A stretch of 64,000 nt of DNA, taken from assembly GCF_002105155.1 (NCBI RefSeq), contig NW_019029022.1:1-64000 (forward strand), written 5' to 3'. A model generated the notes under the pieces. It was not told the origin of the DNA. It did no database searches and was given only the letters and a program-made list of their open reading frames with translations. The stretch is from Lobosporangium transversale. Taxonomy: Eukaryota. Both the position numbers and the translations under genes were made by a program. Each line of letters opens with the position of its first letter. The stretch's first letter is position 1. Positions 55,154 through 64,000 of this stretch are shown piece after piece.

Positions 55154-57048
55154 TCAAATTCTCCTTTTATACTTCTCCTTTGCTCTTTCTCTTTCTCCTT
55201 CTCTTTCTCTTTCTCGTACCCGATCCTGATCCCGTTTACGAGCGTCATCTCGATCATTGCGGTTATCACAACTGCCCCCACTGTCTCTAGGATCACGTCT
55301 TGAATCTCTCTCACGATCACGGTCTCGATCTCTTTCTCTGTCACGGTCTCTAGTACGATCTCTGCCGCTGTCTCTGTTACGATCTCTGTCACGGTCTCTG
55401 TCACGATCTCTGTCACGGTCTCTGTCACGATCTCTGTCACGGTCCCTGTCTCTATCTCTGCTGTCTCTTTCTATGCTGTCTCTACTCTCTTCGCCATCAC
55501 GTCTATACCTATTGTCTACACTCTCTTTATCTTCACGCCTACTTGTTCTTGTATCAAGAGAATCTCTTGCGTCTCTGTTGCCCTTAGGATCCCTCTGAGC
55601 ATTTTGTGACCCATAGCTGCCAGATCGTCCCGTAGTATGCCTCTCAGGCACCTTGATAGTCTGTGGAATGCGTGATTCGCCAGGCTTGATATACTTTTTG
55701 GTAATCGGCTCTGGTTCTTTAGGCTTGGCTCCTAGTCCAAGTAGCGCTGGTCGTCGATTGTACTCAATCCTATGTGAAACAAACATGAAATGAAAGATCA
55801 ATCAATCAATGTCCATTTTATACTCGTTATTCATCTTTCCTCAAAGTGAAGGGAAACAAAAGGAAAACAAGGGATAATTTGAGCTATACAGTTTTTTTTT
55901 TTAAAAAATAAATAAATAAATATCCAATACTTACGCTTCAGATCCTTTCATGTCACCATTCCACCCCATGCCACGCAGTAATGCTGCGCCAAACTCCTCC
56001 ACAGGAACTTTTTCATAGTCTTCTAATGTTGCCTCGTCAGGGAGATCTTCTAGATTCTTTTGGAAAGCTTCTGTGTCGTCGATGTTTTCCTGTCCACCGA
56101 TGGTTAGCTTTCGAATCTCCTCTGAATTCTCGTCGGATACGGCTAGTTGAAGTGAAGGAGATAACATAAAAGAAATGAAAAACAAAAAATAACGATTTAG
56201 ATGACCGGATCAATCTTTGAAAAGTCTTGATAAAAAAAAAAAAAAAAAAAAAAGATAAAGATCGACTTGCTATTGATACCTTCCAAGATTTTCCTTGTTG
56301 CAGCTTCTTCCAATGTCTCTTCCCTTGGCTCCATGACTACATCTTTTGTCATCTCCAGCGTTGTAGTCGATGTTGTAGTTGTAGTTGTAGTTGTAGTTGT
56401 AGTTGCAGTTGTAGTTGTACTTGAATTAACATCGCCAGCTCCAGAACCGGAACTACTTGTATCGTTCGAACTATGCTCTATTCTGGCTCGCTTTGTGATC
56501 TGTAGTCCATATTTAATTTCCTTGACTGGTTCCTCAACAATTTCATTACTATGTTTGCCGGCCTCGCCTGGCATATATATTTTTTTTCTCTTTTCCAATA
56601 CTTTTTGCCGCCAATCTGCATCTTCCAGAGGGATCACCAATGGCTTCGCTTCTTCTTCTGGCACAAGACTAGCAAATCAGTCATACAGTCAACAGTGGAA
56701 TGGTTCGTTAATTTAGTTGCTTTGAAATGCAGCTCAACACCGATCTATATATTCACTCGTAAAAATAATATAGAGAGATCATACAGGATGTGTCGCTTAG
56801 AAGCGTAAGTTGGCCAATTACCTCTTAATTTTGTTTTCATCAAACCCAACGATAAGTTCGTCCTTTGGTTTGTCGGCTTTATCATCTTGATGTGCACCAA
56901 ACGCTGATACTGTTCTCTTATTAACTAGAGGCGCCTTCTTTCCTTTGCCCATGACGCCAAATGATAGTTTGACAGGACCCGATGTTGATGATTTCCCATC
57001 ACCATTAGCTGCTGGCAATGGCCCTGAGGGGGATCCCTCTGCAGACAT
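55154..57048 (-). CDS. SPP2: G-patch spliceosomal helicase cofactor Spp2/MOS2-like with RD-repeat tail
   Basis: [20 protein letters not shown] and [11 protein letters not shown] are present, in 4 coding segments with GT-AG boundaries. Confidence 0.85.
55300..55460 (-). repeat. Coding minisatellite encoding Arg-Asp dipeptides
   Basis: Tandem (tcacgRtctctg)-type 12-nt units translate as RDRDRD... on the minus strand. Confidence 0.9.
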
Positions 57049-57275
57049 GATGTATACGGATGGTGTATGTGTATAAGAGGAGAAAGGCGTTGTGAATAAG
57101 TTAATGTAAACACCATCAATTGAAACATGCATTCAATTAGTTTTTTTTAAGCTCCATTGCTGAAACTTTAATTTCAAGCCACCATGTAACATCTCGACGC
57201 TTGACCGAAGTCTTTTTTTTTTAACTTTCATTCTTCACAACAAGGCGCAGACGTTTAACAACTTATACAGCTACA

Positions 57276-58002
57276 ATGAGTTCAGTAACAAGCGACCATC
57301 TACGATCTAATTTGCATAGAGAACTTGTCGAGTCTGGAAAACGAGATCAGTAAGCATTTTACAAGAGTCATTTTGTGGAAGCAAAGAAGAAGAAAAGAGA
57401 TGAAAAGGAAACATGTACATGCTATTTCCCCATTGACATGACCAACATCTTTTTTTTTTTTTTTTTTTTTTTATCAATGTACAATAATGTGAACATTTTA
57501 TTTAGACTTGTGGAACTCTTGCGTGCAAAATTGATTGATTCTGGTTGGCGTGACGACTTGAAGGCTTATACGAGAGGTAATTTTCTTTTACCTTCATTCA
57601 ATATGACAGTCAAACAGACATAATCAACTGAGCATTAGGGGCAAGGAAGGCTTCGAAGAAGTATGCTTACATTTTCTTTTATTGATATCTTGGGCTTAAT
57701 AGAAAAGATACAATCCAAAGATTCCTCAATGACTGTGGATGAGATCATCAAGGAGGTGAGCCCATACGCCCGAGGTAAAATGAACAAAAGATAAAAAAGG
57801 AAAAAAAAAAAACAGATTACCTATAGCAAAAACAGCATCTACAGACAGTAACATTCGTTATCAATTAATCACAGAATGTTACGCTCACTCTTGTTTTTTC
57901 CCCCTTTTTTTTTAAAAAAAAAAATTAACAGCTACTATTCCTGACAAAATCAAAACGGAATTATTAACCCAGATCAGCGCCTTTGTCGAAGAGAATCTTT
58001 AA
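57276..58002 (+). CDS. SUS1: Sus1/ENY2 (SAGA DUB module / TREX-2), 4 exons
   Basis: The spliced product contains [28 protein letters not shown] and EVSPYARATIPDKIKTELL. Confidence 0.92.
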
Positions 58003-58943
58003 GAAGTCGCAAAAGAAAAAGAAAAAAGAAAAGTTAATATTCTATCTCTTTCTTGACGACTCTTTCCCTGTGACTTTACACCATTGCAGTAACCTGAAGA
58101 AGCGTAGTATTTAAACAAAAAAAAAAAAAAAAAAAAGATAGTTGTATATTATATAAATTAAAACAAAGAAATTTTCTGTCCTTGGAATCTCAAACTACAA
58201 TGCCATTGACTTTATCATCTAACCACCCTCACTGCAGTGAATCAAAGAATACTGACAATTATTCCCTCAATGGCTATAAAAAAAAAGTTGGGAAGCTCCA
58301 TTGTTGTCCAATCAGATTGCGACTCTTTATTTTTGTGCAACAAGTAAAAAGGAACGCGTCGTATCTCCTACAAAACACGTACACAAATCTGTACGTGAAT
58401 ATAGACCATCTTTTTTATTTCCTCTCCCCAACAAATTAAAATCTTTAAAATCGGGGAATATAAATTTTTTTTTTTAATAGACACAGCTATGATGTGAAGA
58501 GTCGATGACAAAGCCGAATTACTCTTAAACAGCTTGTTCTAGGTCCGCACCGATCTCCTTCTTTCTTTAGTAAGGTATCTGTTTATATATACATGACCAT
58601 TTGCCCTGTCTTGAACAATTTAGGGAATAGATACTCCCCACATTTTTTTTTCTCAATTGCTCAGGAGAAAAACCTTTATGGAACAGCAAATCCATGGTCT
58701 CCCCGACGTTCGTTAGCTCGGTCTTTACAGATAATTATATGTTAACAATGTTTTTCTGGGGGCTTCTGTTGCATGTGTCAAATGTTAAACAGCCATCGTC
58801 ATTCATGACATGAGATACAGTGAGCTATGCATGATGGTAGTCTGATCCAGCATTGTAGTCAAGGCGATCCTTAGTTTGACCACAACCTAGGGGTGTTACA
58901 GAGATGGCTTTGAGTAGTAATAATAACAATAGGCTCGACATGC

Positions 58944-58980
<37 letters not shown>

Positions 58981-59588
58981 TGATGATGAAAAGGTAGATG
59001 AAGTGAAAGAGAGGAGAGGATAATGATAGTAAAGATCAAAAAGAAAAGAGAAAGAAACATCTGTTGGAAGCAAAGATGCTTCAGCAAGGTCATTTACGGT
59101 GCAAGTAATGGAGTATGTATCAACTGACAAGGCCCACCCATTTCGCCCAAATAACAACGACAATGGCAAACAAGCATGAAAAAGGGGGGGCTCAGTATTT
59201 TATAATTCATACATGTTTATACTTATTATACTTTTAACATGGACGTAAACACTCGGGCCAGCTTAGACTGTCCCAACAAGCCAATGCTGACTCCAGTGTA
59301 TCGGGCCTTATTAATTATTATTTTATTTTTATTTTTTCTAGTGACCCAAAAAATGAAAGAAGCCATGTCTGATATTATTTTCTTTGCTTTTCTTGCCCTG
59401 TCCCCACTAAAATAGAACCTCTGCATTCTTTTTTTTAGTATTTATCTCCCTCCTTCTCTCTTTCTTTTTACTTCTTTTTTTTTTTTTTTTTTTTTTGCAT
59501 TCTACACACATTCTCTTTCCTTTCATTTCTCTTATTTCTTTTTCTAATAGCATTGCATTTCGCATATACTGCGTTACATATCAACACA

Positions 59589-60183
59589 ATGAAGTCAGCA
59601 CCAATGCCAGCTGGGATCCCTTTCCCTGAATACTATGACTTCTTCATGGACTGGAAGACGCCATTAGCCATTGCTGCTACCTACGCAATCTGCGTCAGCT
59701 TGTTCAACCCCAAAGTCGGCAAGGTCTCTCGCGTGGTTGCTAAATCCACCAATGCTAAGCCTACCGACAAGACAGAGTCCAGCGCTGCCATGACCGCCTT
59801 TGTCTTTGTTCACAATCTGCTCTTATGTATCTACTCTGCCATCACCTTCTACAACATGTTTCCTGCGATGATCAACAACTTTAGAACACATAGTCTTCAT
59901 GATGCTGTAAGTTGTAATTTTTTTTTTTTTTTTTTTTTTTTTTGCTTTGAAGTGTGAAAATGATCGGTTTGATCAAATAAGGTTATGTAAGATTTGGAAT
60001 GATTACATGGGACGTTGTATTCATGTGAAGGAAAGGGTGGCATAAAACGATTTTAAACAGCAAAGCAGTTCCGATCATGGGTGCTTTCCGTTGTTTCAGA
60101 AAGATATTTGGATAATAGATCTTCTCTGCTTGTCGCGTCCTTAATGAATGCAAAGCAACAAATTCATTCAAGGGAATGTTTAC

Positions 60184-60215
<32 letters not shown>

Positions 60216-60915
60216 GATGGGGAGGGGGAATGGAATGGTGGGCACAGCTTTTATTTTGCTTATCGTGCGTTGATTCTTTCTTCCCTCCTCATTGGACAAC
60301 TATTTCGTGGTTACATGGATTAAAAAAAAAAATAAAAATAAAAAAAAAAAACTGGGCTGAGTTGTAGTAACCATTTCAAAATGTATTTATTTATTTATTT
60401 TTGCATTTTAATAGTACTGCGACACCGACAAAAGCCTCTGGAACAATGCTCTCGGTTACTGGGGCTACCTCTTCTATCTCTCAAAGTTCTACGAAGTCAT
60501 TGATACTATCATCATCATCCTCAAGGGACGCCGCTCATCACTCCTCCAGACCTACCACCATGCTGGCGCCATGATCACCATGTGGTCAGGCATTAACTAC
60601 CAGGCAACACCCATCTGGATCTTTGTAGTCTTCAACTCCTTCATCCACACTGTTATGTACTGCTACTATGCCTGCACTTCCATCGGTATTCACCCTCCAG
60701 GCAAGAAGTACCTCACCTCAATGCAGATCACTCAATTCTTGATCGGAACTCCCCTCGCCATGTCTTACCTCCTCGTCCCTAGATGTGTCACCACCCCTGG
60801 CGCTCAAATGGCTGTCTGGATCAACGTTGGTTATCTTTTCCCTCTTACTTATCTCTTTGTCGACTTTGCCAAGCGTACCTATTCCAAGCGTACTACTCTG
60901 AAGAAGGTCGACTAA
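59589..60915 (+). CDS. MALCE1: Fatty acid elongase (ELO/GNS1/SUR4 family), MALCE1-like C16/18 elongase, 2 exons
   Basis: Motifs SKFYEVIDT, LQTYHHAG, HTVMYCYY and TSMQITQF are present. Exons are 59589-59906 and 60415-60915. The N-terminus resembles M. alpina MALCE1 from memory. Confidence 0.9.
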
Positions 60916-61208
60916 AGCGGAGAAAAAAAAGGGAAAAAAAAAAAACCACCCTCTCCTCTCTTCTTTTTCTAAATCATACCAACTTGCATCAATACCTTTT
61001 TCCATATCATCCATATAACATGTATCAAGCCTGGCTTTCTTTTACCCTTCCTTTTTTTTTTTTCTTGTGTAAAAAATAAATATGACTCATTGCAATATAA
61101 ACTTATGGAGCATTAAGAGTAATTATATTAGATGGATCTTTTTCTTTTTCTTTTTCTTTTTCTTTTGGTCTGCCATTTATTATTATGTAGATTATTTTTA
61201 AACAAGCA

Positions 61209-62637
61209 CTAACGTTGGCTGCCTCTTTGTGCTGTCTTTGTCTTGTATGCCATCTCAAAAGATGATATTGCTCGTAACATGAGGACCACTTCAGGGCTGA
61301 AAGAAGAAAAAAGAAAAGCAGGATGAGCATCAGGAAAAGTGCAACACAGTAACGAAAATGCCCTTCCTACCTGTCTCGGATAAAGTTTTTTTTTTTTTTT
61401 ATTTTTTTTTACCTTTGTACATCTTCAGATGTTGCATTAGCACTGTGAACTGATACTCGAGAAAAGAATTCATGCAGTAGATTAAGCAACCGAGGAAATC
61501 CATCAATGAACGCCTGCTGTAAGAACTGAGAAGCTGTAAAAGAGAAAACCAAGTAAAAAAAAAAAAAAAAAAAAAAAGAGGGTCAGTCAGACAGGGGTAA
61601 TAAAGTCGATTTTTCCACAAAGAAAAAAATTAGAGGCCACTTCATAATGCCCACTTTACATCTTGCTGCAGCTTTAAGTTCTTGCTCCAGATGCATTGAC
61701 AAAGATTGCCAAAACCGATGGACCATATTACCATCCATACTATTGGATACAATATCCAGGAACGAGTTTTGAGTCAAAGGGTCCCTCTTCCATGAGAGAA
61801 CCCGTTCCAACAAGTAAATCTAAAAAGATAAAAAAACAAAAAAAAAAAATATCTGCAATGGTTAGAAACCCTTCCTAACAGTATATATATATATATATAT
61901 AAAGCCTTCCAAACTAATTCATATTACCTTGATGCATCCTTCATACATCTCATCCATAAGTTTTTCCATCCGCTTCCATAAAATCGATGTCCAAAGTGGA
62001 GCTGCTCCTACGCTCGGCTCTCCGTTGTTACGTCGCACACCGCCTCCTACAAATCCCGAAGATATACTAATTCCTGACTCTACACGGGCGATCATAATAT
62101 ATACAAATACATATTTCCAAGAAAAAAAATAAAATAAAATAAAATAAAATAAAATAAAAAAGTGATATTGAGTTTATGAGTAAACTTGTTTGATTTACTC
62201 AGCATAAGGCTAATACAGAACAAGAACAAGAACGAGAAAAAGAGCGACGATGCGTGTGTCTGGATAGATAGTAGCGATGATACCATTGTATGGTATATAT
62301 GTATTACCTTTGGCCTCCTTCTGTATGGATTGGATGTCGACTGTCTGTTTGATCTGTGAATGCATACGATTGGACAAGAGCGAAGCCATGGCCACAATCT
62401 TTAGATCCAATCTTTTGAGTGAATAAAAGACTTGTAGTGCTGACCCCACTTGAGCTTGGTTCTGTGAATCCATTCCATTCTGAAGCATCCTATCAGCTGA
62501 TTCAATAATCCTTGTGCGAACAAGTTCCAACTTTTTGACTTCAGCGTCCACTACATGAATACCTTCCAGATCAGATTCCTGAAGAAGTGTATCTTTGAAA
62601 AGAAAAATAAACGAAAAGAAACTCAAGTCCTTTAGAA

Positions 62638-62686
<49 letters not shown>

Positions 62687-63512
62687 GCTGCAGGGACCAT
62701 ACCAACTTCGCTTAATGTCATTGCTGCTTTTGTCAGTTCCAGATCTCCCAAATCTCCTCCGGGCATTTGCAACTCTAAACGCCTGATTAAATACAAAAAC
62801 CGCAAGACTCTCCTCAACATCTCTGAGGTGACCTGTAAACGTTCAAGTTGAATCGTATAGGTTTGGATCTGTTCGAAGGGTATCTTGATTTTAGTGGAAA
62901 GTCGCTCCATGGAAGCACTGACTGCCTTAAGTCCTGTTTTCACAGTCTTGAGGACTGCCTCCAATTCCCGAATCCCTGCTGCTTGACTCAATAAGTCATT
63001 ATAATGTGTAGTTACCTAATAATATCAACGGTTTCCATCCAAAAAAAAAAAAAAAAAAAAAAAAAAAACCAAAGGCTTAGATCCAGAAACTGATGAAAAC
63101 CGATAAATGCTGGATGGCTGCGTTTTTTTTTTTGTTTGTTTCGTTTTTTGCTTGTCCTTTTCAGACTTACTTGATCATGTAATTGCTTGTTGAGACTATC
63201 AATACTGAATGAAAGACTTGAGAGTGATGTGGCGATATCGAGCTCTCCTTTTGCAGATTGATGAATGATAGAGTTGGCATGAGTGTTGGGATCAAACTGG
63301 TCTACTAAGAAAGAGTCATAATCTATTCATTTGAAATATAAAGCGAGAGGTTTTGTCAGCAATAATACTATGGTCACCCCTCTCCTCCTCCTTTTACTTC
63401 CTCCGCCTCAAACTCAGATGAAGTGAGAAGTTTCCCAAGGAAAACAATAAAGTCATTTTAAAAAAAAAAAAATACCAATGTAAGAGTCTAGTTCAGATAC
63501 AGCTTCTGTCAT
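61209..63512 (-). CDS. COG5: Conserved oligomeric Golgi complex subunit 5 (short fungal form), multi-exon
   Basis: Segments IDYDSFLVDQFDPNTHAN, QVTTHYNDLLSQA, LERVLSWKRDP and FLQQAFIDGFPRLL are present. The stop codon is at 61209-61211. Confidence 0.85.
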
Positions 63513-63539
63513 GGTCGTCAATGTTTATTCCTTTCCTGT

Positions 63540-64000
63540 TTAGTCCCGACTGTTTCTAATGACCTGTTTTCTTTTTTTCATGAGGTGGAGAATTACTACT
63601 CATGCCATGGCGCAACATGGGGGAACCCATGTTGTGGCTGGGATTTTGTCAAAAGCCACGTCAGGAACAGAAAGACCTGCTATACATTTCTACATTTTTC
63701 ACATACAGACATACAGCACAATATGCCCACAAGCACACATAAAGCGCAGCTTCTTCCTCTGCAACTGCAGACAATAATGCTACTGTCTCGTCGATCATAC
63801 ACGTCTCTCCTACTGAGTGGGGCCCTCATCTTTTCCTTAAGTCGGACTAGGTTCGGCATTTGAAAAGGCCCAATCCCTTATCAGCAGATTATCAGGATTG
63901 GGATTAGGCAGAGAAAAAACCATGAAGGGAGAGGAAAAACTATCTCGGCTCGCTCAGGAGTTGAAAGAACTCACTTTGGGACGGGACGAAGAGCCGATGT
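63540..64000 (+). ncRNA. Candidate structured non-coding RNA, family unassigned (may continue past the window end)
   Basis: Nested long-range helices and at least seven hairpins, with GNRA-type loops and G-U pairs that favour the + strand. There is no credible ORF. Confidence 0.4.

Noticed and set aside
55057..55598. Alternative-frame repeat ORFs (TEIVTETV..., SLSRSLSR...)
   Set aside because: They are shadows of the RD minisatellite in the Spp2-like gene.
59960..60078. 8-bp inverted repeat atgatcgg/ccgatcat in the elongase intron
   Set aside because: It is short, has no C/D or H/ACA boxes, and is compatible with chance.
61209..61300. COG5 appears truncated relative to the animal protein
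   Set aside because: Short (~400-aa) Cog5 is normal in yeasts and other fungi, and the last exon ends in a clean stop.
63081..63120. ctgatga within an atccag/ctggat stem (hammerhead or C/D box candidate)
   Set aside because: There is no stem II followed by GAAA and no matching D box. It is also antisense to the host intron.
1..64000. CRISPR arrays, tRNA/rRNA genes, intact transposase or reverse-transcriptase ORFs, NRPS/PKS genes
   Set aside because: None were recognisable by eye or in the ORF track.

Overview
This is a gene-dense, intron-containing fungal nuclear segment. It is probably from the Mortierellaceae: the elongase closely resembles Mortierella alpina MALCE1 as I recall it, and I could not run a search to confirm. 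About 20 protein-coding genes are supportable. On the + strand from 169 to 28844 they are a small membrane protein, an FAD monooxygenase, a ZIP7/Yke4 zinc transporter, a nucleoside phosphorylase, a CNT nucleoside transporter, a DOMON-like protein, an AMT/MEP transporter, a large PH-domain protein and a Tyr-rich secreted protein. These are followed by a TMEM135-like gene, VPS68, SSU72, an SDR, NOT1, a locally triplicated C2H2 zinc-finger locus, an SPP2/G-patch gene, SUS1, a fatty-acid elongase and COG5. The most notable unexplained signals are: (1) a densely base-paired, GNRA-capped, apparently non-coding RNA-like region at 63540-64000, head-to-head with COG5; (2) a ~100-180 nt fold-back with direct-repeat flanks at 28990-29168; (3) complementary poly(A)/poly(U) tracts in many introns; (4) a nucleoside phosphorylase next to a nucleoside transporter; (5) a 1-nt frame break inside NOT1; and (6) a chimeric, internally deleted zinc-finger copy. 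Exon boundaries were read by eye from GT-AG sites and frame continuity.
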